Shown here: positions 47,007 to 56,594 of the stretch, piece by piece
Layout of the letters: each line of letters begins with the position of its first letter
Position numbering within the stretch: the stretch's first letter is position 1
IMG/VR virus record: IMGVR_UViG_3300024346_000005
DNA length: 64,000 bases
Origin: a virus
Lineage: Duplodnaviria > Caudoviricetes
Strand: one strand, 5' to 3'
Translations under genes and position numbers: made by a program
The notes under the pieces: model-generated
Seen by the model: the letters and a program-made list of their open reading frames with translations, nothing else
Databases searched by the model: none
What the model was told of the DNA's origin: nothing

Positions 47007-48434
47007 ATGAAAAATCATATTGCCGAAGATCTGCCAGCAAGAAAATTTGCCCCTGCTGCTGCCGATTCTGGTCCTACTGACAAGAACGATAAAAAGGAAA
47101 GTTCTGGAAAGTCTCCAGAGAAAAAGGCAAAGCAGGCAGTGTATGATATTCGTTATAGAGCAAGAAGAGAAGATATTCCACTTCCTCAGGCATTTTCTCA
47201 ATATATGCAAAATAGCAGTATGGGAGGTGAGGAAAGAAAGATGGTCAAGGCAAAACTATTCGGTAAAGAAGGTGGTGGTATGAAGGCAGAAGACTTTAAT
47301 CCTATTTTTAAGGATGCGGCATCTGATAATGTTGCCAAAGCACTTTTTAAAGTTTTTGTGGAAGGAACGGAACAAGAACAGCAATCAATTTCTCTAACTT
47401 ATCTTGAAGAATTAGACAGTCCAGAGCACAGAAAGTATAAGGTAAGAGTTACTGATAAGAATACTAAAAGGTCTTATGTGAGAATGGCAACCCGTGAGAA
47501 AATCAATCAACTTCGTGCCAATCCAAATATTGAATCAGTTGAGATGACCGAATATGGCGAACCTTATGAGGGTGAGAGAAAGAAAGGTTCTCAGACCGCA
47601 AGAGTTGCTGCAGGTAAAGGATTAGACCCCGTAGGTAAAGAAGACGGTGATGTTGATAATGATGGGGATAAAGATAAGTCTGATAAGTATCTAATGAAGA
47701 GGCGTGGTGCGATTGGTAATGCCATCGCAACTCGTAAAGAAGAGTTCATTCACGAAGCAGAAACCGAAGATTCTAACACCCAAACACTTGATTATATAAA
47801 GGGAAAAGTTAAGAATAAAGTAACTATTTCTCCTATTCAGGGTGGAAATGAAAAAGTTAGAATAGTGGCACATAATGAACTTGAAGGTGAATTGATTGCT
47901 GAAACTGGGTACTCAAAGTTTCTTAAAAAGGTTCATTCTCTTCAAGAAAAAGCAGTAAGTCAAAATCAGCAACAACTTGCTGCTATGGCTATTGAATATC
48001 TTGATGGAAATATGCCTGATGCGAGTGACGCTGTAAAACAAATGGCAAAAATGGGAAGAAAAGAACTCAAAAAATTTGCCAAAACCAAGCACAAAGGTCT
48101 TCCAGAAAAAGTAAAGGAAGAAATGGATTGTGGTTCTGATGATAAGAAAAAAAAGAATGGTGAAGAGGAAGACCCCCGTTCTTCGAAGACAAAGGATAAC
48201 CTTAGAAGAAATTATTTAAGGGCGATGGGTCTTAAGATGTCTTATGAACCAGAAGGTGAGGTATTGGAGGATTATATGAGAGTAAATTCTGATGGTAGCA
48301 GAGAAAGAGTTGCAGGTGACCCCCCAAAGGCAAAACTAAAAAGAAAACCACTAGGTCATACTCCCGAACAACAAAGGCAAATGAATAAACAACCTAAAAC
48401 AGACTATAGAGCAAGACCTGGAGAATCCGATTAA
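47007..48434 (+). CDS. Multi-module charged protein (475 aa) with DxDNDGD motif and a DUF3008-like module
   Basis: DGDVDNDGDKDKSD; KAVSQNQQQ..KELKKFAKTKHKGLPEKV. Confidence 0.7.
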   Translation: MKNHIAEDLPARKFAPAAADSGPTDKNDKKESSGKSPEKKAKQAVYDIRYRARREDIPLPQAFSQYMQNSSMGGEERKMVKAKLFGKEGGGMKAEDFNPIFKDAASDNVAKALFKVFVEGTEQEQQSISLTYLEELDSPEHRKYKVRVTDKNTKRSYVRMATREKINQLRANPNIESVEMTEYGEPYEGERKKGSQTARVAAGKGLDPVGKEDGDVDNDGDKDKSDKYLMKRRGAIGNAIATRKEEFIHEAETEDSNTQTLDYIKGKVKNKVTISPIQGGNEKVRIVAHNELEGELIAETGYSKFLKKVHSLQEKAVSQNQQQLAAMAIEYLDGNMPDASDAVKQMAKMGRKELKKFAKTKHKGLPEKVKEEMDCGSDDKKKKNGEEEDPRSSKTKDNLRRNYLRAMGLKMSYEPEGEVLEDYMRVNSDGSRERVAGDPPKAKLKRKPLGHTPEQQRQMNKQPKTDYRARPGESD

Positions 48435-48473
48435 TTCCTAAATAATACAGGATACTCTTCACACGAGGTAATT

Positions 48474-48659
48474 ATGTCAGTCGCAGCTCTCTGGGCTTGG
48501 GTTATTGCTAATGAGGCAGCAGTAGCAACTATTCTTTTAGTTGTTTCTGAGTTCCTTGGTGCAGTTCCAAAATTAAAGGCAAATGGTTTAGTTTCATACG
48601 TTATTCTTCAAGTTCAGCAAAATCTTAAGAAAAAAGGTGCAGTAGATCCTACTCCCTGA
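48474..48659 (+). CDS. Small membrane protein
   Basis: 61 aa, hydrophobic helices; GAGG upstream. Confidence 0.6.
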   Translation: MSVAALWAWVIANEAAVATILLVVSEFLGAVPKLKANGLVSYVILQVQQNLKKKGAVDPTP

Positions 48660-48680
48660 ACTAAACGGGGTTGATAATAA

Positions 48681-48710
48681 GGAGACCAAATATTAGGGTC
48701 TCCTTTTTTT
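48681..48710 (+). terminator. Terminator
   Basis: GGAGACC/GGTCTCC stem plus T run. Confidence 0.75.
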
Positions 48711-48717
48711 ATAAATA
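48710..48717 (+). promoter_or_regulatory. Late promoter fused to the terminator
   Basis: Exact TATAAATA. Confidence 0.7.
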
Positions 48718-48749
48718 TTACTAGAAAAAGAATTTTGTAGGTAAGAAAC

Positions 48750-49517
48750 ATGTCACTTTGGGGCATTTCAACAAACGCTGAAACTGCAGCAAATAATTAC
48801 GCGATTCCAAAATATTTGGGCAACTATTCTGCTGCAAACGGTCAATTCGAAGCAACTGATAGAACCAGAAGTCCTTATAATTGTTTTGCAGATAATCGTG
48901 GATGGATTCAAAGACATTATAAGACTACTAGTAATTCTGGAATTTCTACTCGCTATTGGGATTCTATTTTAGTTCCTGTAGCTGGATTAAATACTGCTGG
49001 TGCTGGAACAAGTACAACTGGTTTAGGGCAAGCAACTCCAATTGCTGTTTTCTTTGAGGATCCTAATCTTGCTTCTCCAATTAGCATCGGTGCCGGTGGA
49101 ACAACTGGAATTGGAACCGGAACTACTGGATATGTTCATATAGTATGGAACGAAATGGTATACTGCTCCGCTGGAGCAACTGTTCTTATTTCTCAATCTA
49201 CTGGAGCAAATATTGTTGCTACTGCAGCTTCTACAGGAGTTCCAGTTCAAGTTAATGTTCCCGGAATAGGACAAACTGTAATCACTTTTAACGGACAAAT
49301 TACTAATAGAGTTGGATTTGCATTTACTGCTCCTAATACTGGTATTGGAACTGTTCTTAGAATTGCAACTACTGGTGGTGTTGTTGGTGTTATTACTGAT
49401 GCTTCTGGTGGTGCCGCAGTAGATAAAACTATTGTCGGACTTGTTAAAAATATTGCAGGTGCAGGAACAACATCTGGTGTTGGTATTGGAACTACTACTT
49501 TAACAATTAAAGCATGA
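48750..49517 (+). CDS. Gly/Thr-rich virion structural protein
   Basis: 255 aa; MSLWG start; GIGT repeats as in this phage's tail proteins. Confidence 0.6.
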   Translation: MSLWGISTNAETAANNYAIPKYLGNYSAANGQFEATDRTRSPYNCFADNRGWIQRHYKTTSNSGISTRYWDSILVPVAGLNTAGAGTSTTGLGQATPIAVFFEDPNLASPISIGAGGTTGIGTGTTGYVHIVWNEMVYCSAGATVLISQSTGANIVATAASTGVPVQVNVPGIGQTVITFNGQITNRVGFAFTAPNTGIGTVLRIATTGGVVGVITDASGGAAVDKTIVGLVKNIAGAGTTSGVGIGTTTLTIKA

Positions 49518-49518
49518 T

Positions 49519-49890
49519 ATGAGATTTGATGAGTTGAATGAGAATAATTATATATTATTTGCCATTAAGTATTATGAAAATCCCCAATCAGTAACGATGG
49601 AGGACTTTGAGTCTGACTTGAAAAGAATAAGATATGTAAAGAGATTATTAAAAAGATATAAAAATACTGGCGAATTAAAGACGCATTTAATATTAAATCA
49701 TCTTATTATCCTCTTTAATGTTTTTAATGATGCCACAGTTCCTTTGTTATTCTATAACTTAGAAAAGGAACTTTGGCCGTCTATTAAAAGTTTTTTACTT
49801 TTCTTAAATCGTTTACCGGAATATCCCAAAACTCAGATACACGAAATTATTGAAGATTCTGAGTGTCTGTCTCAATTGCAGAAAATCTAA
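49519..49890 (+). CDS. Conserved hypothetical protein of T4-like phages
   Basis: F.ELNE.N..LFAIKYYENP, LILNHLIILFNVF pattern. Confidence 0.7.
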   Translation: MRFDELNENNYILFAIKYYENPQSVTMEDFESDLKRIRYVKRLLKRYKNTGELKTHLILNHLIILFNVFNDATVPLLFYNLEKELWPSIKSFLLFLNRLPEYPKTQIHEIIEDSECLSQLQKI

Positions 49891-50102
49891 TGGATATAAA
49901 CAAGATTATTGATATTATCCACACTCTCAAAGAAGAGGGTATGGTAACTGGTGCTCCTACCAATAGTCTTGTTGGTGGAAAAATAGCAGGAACCGCAGAG
50001 GCGGGTGATAGTCCTCCAGTAGATTTGAGAAAAGGAAAGAGGAGGAATTGGAACCCATTCTTCAAAAATCTTGCCAGAATGCAAAGAAGAAAACCCAAAT
50101 AA
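49890..50102 (+). CDS. Small hypothetical protein (70 aa)
   Basis: ATG overlaps the upstream TAA. Confidence 0.6.
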   Translation: MDINKIIDIIHTLKEEGMVTGAPTNSLVGGKIAGTAEAGDSPPVDLRKGKRRNWNPFFKNLARMQRRKPK

Positions 50103-50165
50103 ATAATAGCAAGACCACTACTTGATTTTTTTGTTTTGTAGAACCCAATATCCACCAACAAAAAA

Positions 50166-50609
50166 ATGTTTAACAAATCATCTAACGAAACAAAAATTGC
50201 AGTTCTAGAAGAACGTCTTACTTCCTATGAGGTTATGATGAAAAAGATAGATGAAGCCATTCAAATAATGGGGCAGACCAGTCAAAACATCTCAAAGATG
50301 TTAGCAGTTCACGAAGAAAAGTTAGATAATACTAATAAGACTGATGAGGTAATTTTTAGTAGAATTCGAGTGATGGAGGATAAAAATACAGAAGAGCACG
50401 GTAGAGTAATCGAAAGGTTTGAATCATTAGAAAAAAAGATAGATAACCGCATAGAATCGGTAGATAAAAAAGTTGATGACGTAACAAAGTTTCGTTGGTT
50501 AGTTGTAGGTGCTTTAGTAATAATTTCTTTTGTGTTTTCTCAGTCAGGTATGGTTGTGGATGTCTTGACACCAGACGCAGAACAGATTAGAATAGAGAAA
50601 GCAAAATAA
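50166..50609 (+). CDS. Coiled-coil protein with C-terminal transmembrane helix
   Basis: Heptad-rich N-part; FRWLVVGALVIISFVFS. Confidence 0.65.
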   Translation: MFNKSSNETKIAVLEERLTSYEVMMKKIDEAIQIMGQTSQNISKMLAVHEEKLDNTNKTDEVIFSRIRVMEDKNTEEHGRVIERFESLEKKIDNRIESVDKKVDDVTKFRWLVVGALVIISFVFSQSGMVVDVLTPDAEQIRIEKAK

Positions 50610-50619
50610 TACCCTCATA

Positions 50620-51591
50620 ATGGACTTGATTGATTCCAAGTATATTGGATTAGTTTCTTCACGCCTTCAGAAATTTAAAAGAGTTAAAGCAGACCTCTAT
50701 AACTTCAGATGTTGCCTATGTGGAGATTCTCAAAAGAATAAAAGTAAGACACGAGGGTATTTGTATGCCGTAAAGACTAATACAAACTTTAAGTGTCATA
50801 ACTGTGGGGCAAGTATGTCCTTCAATAATTTTCTCAAAGAATTAGACCCTACTCTTCATAAACAATATACGATGGAGAAGTTTAAGGAAGGATATACTGG
50901 TAAGAACTTCGTGGTTGAAGAACCAAAGTTTGAATTCTCAAAACCAACTTTTTCCAAGAAACTAGACCTTCCAAAAGCATCATCAAATCAAATTGCTAAA
51001 GAATACTTGGAAAAAAGAAAACTCAATCCAGAAAAGTTTTATTTTGCTGACAAGTTTCAGGAGTGGGTGAATACTCAAAAACCCACATATAGTAGGATTG
51101 TAAAGGACGAGAGTCGTATAGTCATACCACTATACACTAGGGAAGGAGAAGTCTTCGGATTTCAAGGAAGAGCACTAGGACCGAACAATGTTAAATACAT
51201 TACCGTCATCTTGGATGATTCGATTCCCAAACTTTATGGACTCAATAAGGTAAATGTAAATGAGACGGTTTATATTGTCGAAGGACCATTTGACTCTGAG
51301 TTTGTAGAGAATGGAATTGCTATGTGTGGTGCCGATGTTGATATATCATCCTGTAACTTTAAGGATGTTGTTTATGTCTTTGATAACGAACCACGAAATC
51401 GAGAAATATGTAGTAGAATGAATAAGATTATTGAAGATGGAAACAAAATTATAGTATGGTCCAAATCTATTCAGCAAAAAGACATTAACGATATGGTGCT
51501 TGCTGGACTTTCGGTTATGGATGTGTTAAAATTAAATACTCACTCAGGTTTAGAAGCAAAAGTAAAGTTTACCGAATGGAAGAAAGTATGA
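50620..51591 (+). CDS. gp61: DNA primase gp61
   Basis: Zn finger CCLCGDS..CHNCG; TOPRIM IVEGPFDS, FDNE, KDIND. Confidence 0.93.
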   Translation: MDLIDSKYIGLVSSRLQKFKRVKADLYNFRCCLCGDSQKNKSKTRGYLYAVKTNTNFKCHNCGASMSFNNFLKELDPTLHKQYTMEKFKEGYTGKNFVVEEPKFEFSKPTFSKKLDLPKASSNQIAKEYLEKRKLNPEKFYFADKFQEWVNTQKPTYSRIVKDESRIVIPLYTREGEVFGFQGRALGPNNVKYITVILDDSIPKLYGLNKVNVNETVYIVEGPFDSEFVENGIAMCGADVDISSCNFKDVVYVFDNEPRNREICSRMNKIIEDGNKIIVWSKSIQQKDINDMVLAGLSVMDVLKLNTHSGLEAKVKFTEWKKV

Positions 51592-53888
51592 GCAACGGAA
51601 CAAAGGTTATTAAAAGAAACGGATCGATTGAGGGTCTTGACTTAAACAAACTTCACCTAATGGTAGAAGAAGCATGTAAGGACTTGGCAGGAGTATCGGC
51701 ATCTCAGGTTGAAATGAAGTCCGGTATTCAGTTTTATGATGGCATTACTACATCGGAGGTTCAGGAGATTCTAATTCGCTCTGCAAGCGACTTGATTGAC
51801 CTTGACCATCCTAACTATCAGTTTGTTGCTGCCAGACTCCTTCTGTTCGCTCTCCGCAAGCAGTTATTCGGTCGTATGCACGAGTGCTCTACTCTGATTG
51901 AACACGTTCATAATTGTGTTGATAAGGGTGTCTATGATGAAGAGATCTTAAGTCTTTATAGTGATGAAGAGTTTGATAAACTTCAATCCTTTATTGTTCA
52001 TGAGCGTGATTACCTCTTCACTTATGCGGGTCTCCGTCAGGTAGTTGATAAGTATCTGGTTCAGGATAGAAGTTCTGGTGCTCTTTATGAGACTCCTCAG
52101 TTTATGTACCTGATGATTGCTGCTACCATCTTCTCTAAATATCCAAAGGAAACTCGTTTGGATTACGTTAAAAAATATTATGACGCAATCAGCAAGCACA
52201 AAATCAACATCCCAACGCCGATTATGGCAGGAGTCAGAACTCCGCTTCGTCAATTTGCATCTTGTGTTCTCGTTGATGTTGATGACACCCTCGATAGCAT
52301 CTTTAGCAGCGATGTGGCTATTGGTAAATATGTCTCACAAAGGGCTGGTATCGGTATTAACGCTGGTAGAATTCGTGGCATCAACAGCAAAATCAGAGGC
52401 GGAGAGGTACAACACACAGGCGTGGTGCCCTTCCTTAAGAAGTTTGAAGCAACTGTCCGATGCTGCACTCAGAACGGCATCAGAGGTGGTTCTGCTACAG
52501 TTTTCTTTCCTATCTGGCACCAAGAAATAGAAGACATTCTAGTTCTCAAAAATAACAAAGGAACTGAAGATAATCGTGTTCGTAAATTGGATTATGGAAT
52601 TCAAATATCCAAACTGTTCTATGAAAGATTCATCAAGAATCAGGAGATCACACTTTTCTCCCCACACTCAGTTCCCGGATTGTATGATGCTTTTGGTACA
52701 GATTCATTCGATGAGATATATGTAAATGCGGAGCAAGATGAGTCTATTCCAAGAAAAACTATTGGAGCACAAGAACTTTTTCTGGATCTTCTGAAGGAAA
52801 GAGCAGAGACCGGTCGTATTTACATTATGAATATTGACCACTGCAACTCTCATAGTTCTTATCTGGATAAGGTTAATATGAGTAACCTTTGTATGGAGAT
52901 CACCGAACCCACGACTCCAATACAGCATATTGATGATGAGAATGGAGAAGTCGCAACTTGTATTCTATCTGCGATAAATGTTGGAAAACTAAAGCACTTT
53001 GATGATATGAAAGAACTTTGCGATCTTTCTGTTCGTGCTTTGGATGAGATTATTGACTATCAAAATTACCCCGTAAAGGCAGCAGAGAACTTCACCAAGA
53101 GGCGCCGATCACTTGGGATAGGTTATATTGGTTTGGCACACTTCCTTGCTAAGCACGGCGTCAAATATGAGGATCCTGCATCTTGGAATCTGGTTCACGA
53201 CTTGAGTGAGGCATTCCAATATTATCTGATTAAGTCAACCGTAAATCTTGCGAAAGAAAAAGGTGCCTGTGAGTATTCTCATCGTACCAAGTATGGTCAG
53301 GGTATTCTACCGATTGATACATACAAGAGAGATGTTGATGAAATTGTTCCGAATAATTTGAAATATGATTGGGATAGTCTTAGGGAACAAGTTAAGCAAT
53401 ATGGAGTACGGAACTCAACACTGTCGGCACAAATGCCTTCGGAGAGCAGTTCCGTTGTGTCAAATGCAACAAATGGAATTGAACCACCTCGGGGATACTT
53501 GTCCATTAAGAAATCAAAGAAGGGTCCGCTCAAACAGATTGTACCCCAGTATCAAACTCTTAAGAACAACTATACGCTTCTTTGGGATATGCCTAGCAAT
53601 ACTGGTTATATCAATATTGTTGCTGTTATGCAAAAGTTCTTTGATCAGGCAATTTCTGGAAACTGGTCATATAATCCAGAAAATTATCCCAATAATGAAG
53701 TACCTGTGTCGGTGATGGCACAAGACCTTCTTACAACTTACAAATTGGGATGGAAAACAAGTTATTATCAGAATACTTATGACATTAAGACCGATGAAGT
53801 GGTTGAAGAATCAAAAGAAGACCTTCAATCACTCCTGAATGACATTATGAGTTCTGATGAAAACGACTGTGAAAGTTGCAAAATCTGA
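51588..53888 (+). CDS. nrdA: Ribonucleotide reductase class Ia alpha subunit
   Basis: ATP cone VIKRNG; PTP; QFASC; SNLCMEI; MPSESSS; C-term CESCKI. Confidence 0.96.
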   Translation: MSNGTKVIKRNGSIEGLDLNKLHLMVEEACKDLAGVSASQVEMKSGIQFYDGITTSEVQEILIRSASDLIDLDHPNYQFVAARLLLFALRKQLFGRMHECSTLIEHVHNCVDKGVYDEEILSLYSDEEFDKLQSFIVHERDYLFTYAGLRQVVDKYLVQDRSSGALYETPQFMYLMIAATIFSKYPKETRLDYVKKYYDAISKHKINIPTPIMAGVRTPLRQFASCVLVDVDDTLDSIFSSDVAIGKYVSQRAGIGINAGRIRGINSKIRGGEVQHTGVVPFLKKFEATVRCCTQNGIRGGSATVFFPIWHQEIEDILVLKNNKGTEDNRVRKLDYGIQISKLFYERFIKNQEITLFSPHSVPGLYDAFGTDSFDEIYVNAEQDESIPRKTIGAQELFLDLLKERAETGRIYIMNIDHCNSHSSYLDKVNMSNLCMEITEPTTPIQHIDDENGEVATCILSAINVGKLKHFDDMKELCDLSVRALDEIIDYQNYPVKAAENFTKRRRSLGIGYIGLAHFLAKHGVKYEDPASWNLVHDLSEAFQYYLIKSTVNLAKEKGACEYSHRTKYGQGILPIDTYKRDVDEIVPNNLKYDWDSLREQVKQYGVRNSTLSAQMPSESSSVVSNATNGIEPPRGYLSIKKSKKGPLKQIVPQYQTLKNNYTLLWDMPSNTGYINIVAVMQKFFDQAISGNWSYNPENYPNNEVPVSVMAQDLLTTYKLGWKTSYYQNTYDIKTDEVVEESKEDLQSLLNDIMSSDENDCESCKI

Positions 53889-53933
53889 CCTGAGTAAATA
53901 TAAAAGTGTGAGTTAATTTAGAGAATAAAAATT

Positions 53934-55115
53934 ATGGATTTTAACTTTAAGACAAAACTAGCGGAGAAGAATGTGGTCAATCAAATGACAGTTTTTAACT
54001 CTGAAGAGGTAGATACTAAAAAGCAACCGATGTTTTTTGGAGCACCTCTGGGCATCCAGCGTTATGATTCTTACAAGTATCCAATCTTTGATAAATTAAC
54101 TCAGCAACAACTTGGATACTTTTGGAGACCTGAAGAAATATCTCTTCAGAAAGATCGTGGTGATTATCAAACATTACGTCCAGAACAAAAACATATTTTC
54201 ACCAGTAATCTGAAATATCAGATTATGCTTGATTCGGTTCAGGGAAGAGGTCCCGGTATGGCATTTGCTCCCTACTGCTCTCTTCCTGAATTGGAAGCAT
54301 GTATGAAGGTCTGGGAGTTTATGGAGATGATTCATAGTCGCTCATATACCTATATCATTAAGAATGTTTATTCGGACCCTGCGGATGTCTTTGATACAAT
54401 TCTTCGTGATGAAAGAATCCTAGAACGTGCCGTGAGTGTCACCGAAGCATATAATGATTTCATCAATAGTGCTCAACATTATGGAACTTCTGAACTTTGG
54501 AAATACGCCCAAGAATCAGTTCCTTACGCACAGGCAGAAAGATATGAACTCAAACGAAAACTTTTCAGAGCAGTTGCAAACGTTAATATTCTTGAAGGTA
54601 TTCGCTTTTACGTCAGTTTCGCTTGCAGTTTTGCATTTGGCGAACTCAAACTTATGGAGGGAAGTGCAAAAATCATCGGTCTAATTGCCCGTGATGAGAG
54701 TCAGCACTTGGTCATTACTCAGAACATTCTCAACAAATGGAAGGAGGGTGATGACCCTGATATGAAGAAAATCTCACAGGAAGAAGAGCAGTGGGTCTAT
54801 AAGACTTTTGAGAATGCAGTCAATCAAGAAAAACTCTGGGCAGAATATTTGTTCAAGGATGGTTCTATGATTGGTCTGAATGATAAACTTCTTTGCCAGT
54901 ATGTCGAATGGACTGCCAACCGCAGAATGAAGGCAATTGGTCTTCGCCCACTTTATGATATTCCTGCGAAGAATAATCCTCTTCCTTGGACCTCACACTG
55001 GTTGAATTCAAGAGAACTTCAGGAGGCACCTATGGAAACGGAAAAAGAATCCTATGTGATTGGTGGTATTAAACAGGATGTTGGTGCTAATACTTTCTCC
55101 GGATTCAAGTTGTGA
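53934..55115 (+). CDS. nrdB: Ribonucleotide reductase class Ia beta subunit
   Basis: FWRPEE, EMIHSRSY, LEGIRFY, RDESQH. Confidence 0.96.
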   Translation: MDFNFKTKLAEKNVVNQMTVFNSEEVDTKKQPMFFGAPLGIQRYDSYKYPIFDKLTQQQLGYFWRPEEISLQKDRGDYQTLRPEQKHIFTSNLKYQIMLDSVQGRGPGMAFAPYCSLPELEACMKVWEFMEMIHSRSYTYIIKNVYSDPADVFDTILRDERILERAVSVTEAYNDFINSAQHYGTSELWKYAQESVPYAQAERYELKRKLFRAVANVNILEGIRFYVSFACSFAFGELKLMEGSAKIIGLIARDESQHLVITQNILNKWKEGDDPDMKKISQEEEQWVYKTFENAVNQEKLWAEYLFKDGSMIGLNDKLLCQYVEWTANRRMKAIGLRPLYDIPAKNNPLPWTSHWLNSRELQEAPMETEKESYVIGGIKQDVGANTFSGFKL

Positions 55116-55273
55116 CACCAAAAATACTCAATAGTGATGGAAATTACGATGAGTGGTGTGAAGAAGAAATTATAAAATCTTATAAGGATGCTGCCGAATA
55201 TGATGATGTGCTTTTTGGAGACCACGACTATTCTTATATTTGGTTGAATAATAAAACTAATGAGAGTCCTTGA
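55112..55273 (+). CDS. Small acidic protein (53 aa); absent from the ORF track
   Basis: GTG overlaps the nrdB stop; VTPKILNSDGNYDEWCEEEIIKSYKDAAEYDDVLFGDHDYSYIWLNNKTNESP. Confidence 0.5.
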   Translation: MTPKILNSDGNYDEWCEEEIIKSYKDAAEYDDVLFGDHDYSYIWLNNKTNESP

Positions 55274-55294
55274 GGCTCTCTTTTTTTATAAATA
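55262..55294 (+). terminator. Terminator fused to a late promoter
   Basis: GAGAGTC/GGCTCTC stem, T run, TATAAATA 55287-55294. Confidence 0.72.
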
Positions 55295-55320
55295 AAACTA
55301 TAAAGAACTTATAAGAAAAG

Positions 55321-56517
55321 ATGTCTAGACTTACTGGTACTGATGCATATGGTTTGATGGAGGCATATCAAGCAGTATATGCTCCTCAAGAACTCACCGA
55401 AGAGCAAGTTTGGGAAGAAGTTGAGAACTGGGTCAATTCACTTCTTGAAGAAGGTTATGACCTGAGTGATTATACCTGGGAGGAGATGTATGAAGAGTAT
55501 TTGGAAGAAATTTATGGAACTAATCTGGGGGGAAATACTAAAACTAAACCTAATAAGTTAGATACTGCTGTAGGTAATGCCATTAAATCTATAACAAGTT
55601 CCGGTGCAGACGCCACACCAAGAACTACAGGTATTTACGGACAACCAACAAGGAAACCTGCATCCCCAACTTTCCAAAATACTGGTGGATTTGGTAGATA
55701 TGCTCCCCCATCCACACAAGTAAAAACTCCTGCTCCTGCCGCTCCTGCCAATAGAACTCCTGGACTTACTCCTGTTCCCATCACTAGAACTCCTGCTCCT
55801 GCCACAAAACCAGCAGCACCAGCACCCGCTGCCGCCAGACCTTCTGGCGGTGCTCCTAGACCTTCTGCCGGTGCTCCCGCTAAAGTATCACCAACACCCA
55901 CAAAACCAGCAGGACCTGCAATGGGTAAACTTGGGGGCACTACCTTTGAGAGAAGGACTCCAACATCTGCCGAATTGAAGGCAGCACAATCGGCAAGAGC
56001 ATCGGGAGCATCTCCAGAGAAAGCACTTCAGGCAGCAAAGTCTGCTGGTGGAGCACTTCAACAAACTGCTGCTAAGGTAATGGAAAAACCACCAGCATTT
56101 AGTCCAACTCCTGCCGCTGCAAAAACAACCCCAACTCCATCCACACCAAAGGCACCTACACTTGGTTCCAAAAAACCCGGCAGTATGGTTTCTCATTTTG
56201 ACCCATTTGATGTAATCAAAGGTCATCTTCTTGATGAAGGTTATGCCGATACTGAAGAATCGGCACTTGCTATTATGGCAAATATGAGTGAAGAGTGGAG
56301 AGAGAGTATTTTAAATGAGGGTGACAACTACGATAAGAATCGCCAAAGAGCAGCGAAAAGAGCAGCAGAAAGAAATGCTGCCAGAGATAGAGGACAAACT
56401 GGAAATGTCCCTGGAGTAGGTTATGTAACACCAAGAAGAGAAAGAGAAACTTATAGAGATGCTGCAGGCACTGAAAGGCACACTTCTGGTGCTAAAATGC
56501 CAAAAAAAGAAGGTTGA
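55321..56517 (+). CDS. EAY/EGY-module paralog family member 2 (398 aa, Pro/Ala/Thr/Lys-rich core)
   Basis: LMEAYQAVYAPQELTEEQVWEEVENW..; module DPFDVIKGHLLDEGY..MSEEWRESILNE at 56200-56319. Confidence 0.78.
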   Translation: MSRLTGTDAYGLMEAYQAVYAPQELTEEQVWEEVENWVNSLLEEGYDLSDYTWEEMYEEYLEEIYGTNLGGNTKTKPNKLDTAVGNAIKSITSSGADATPRTTGIYGQPTRKPASPTFQNTGGFGRYAPPSTQVKTPAPAAPANRTPGLTPVPITRTPAPATKPAAPAPAAARPSGGAPRPSAGAPAKVSPTPTKPAGPAMGKLGGTTFERRTPTSAELKAAQSARASGASPEKALQAAKSAGGALQQTAAKVMEKPPAFSPTPAAAKTTPTPSTPKAPTLGSKKPGSMVSHFDPFDVIKGHLLDEGYADTEESALAIMANMSEEWRESILNEGDNYDKNRQRAAKRAAERNAARDRGQTGNVPGVGYVTPRRERETYRDAAGTERHTSGAKMPKKEG

Positions 56518-56541
56518 TATTATTTTTCAAGTAATCACAAG

Positions 56542-56574
56542 ACCTCTCCACCAGGAGGGGTTTTTTTATAAATA
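56542..56574 (+). terminator. Terminator fused to a late promoter
   Basis: ACCTCTCC-acca-GGAGGGGT, T run, TATAAATA 56567-56574. Confidence 0.72.
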
Positions 56575-56594
56575 ACTAAAAAAGTAAGAAATAA

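Noticed and set aside
50126-50166. 10-bp inverted repeat TTTTTTTGTT/AACAAAAAAA before an ATG
   Set aside because: Almost all A-U pairs with a long loop; expected by chance in AT-rich DNA
38279-55115. Introns or inteins in gp43, gp41, nrdA, nrdB
   Set aside because: All are continuous ORFs of normal length with contiguous motifs
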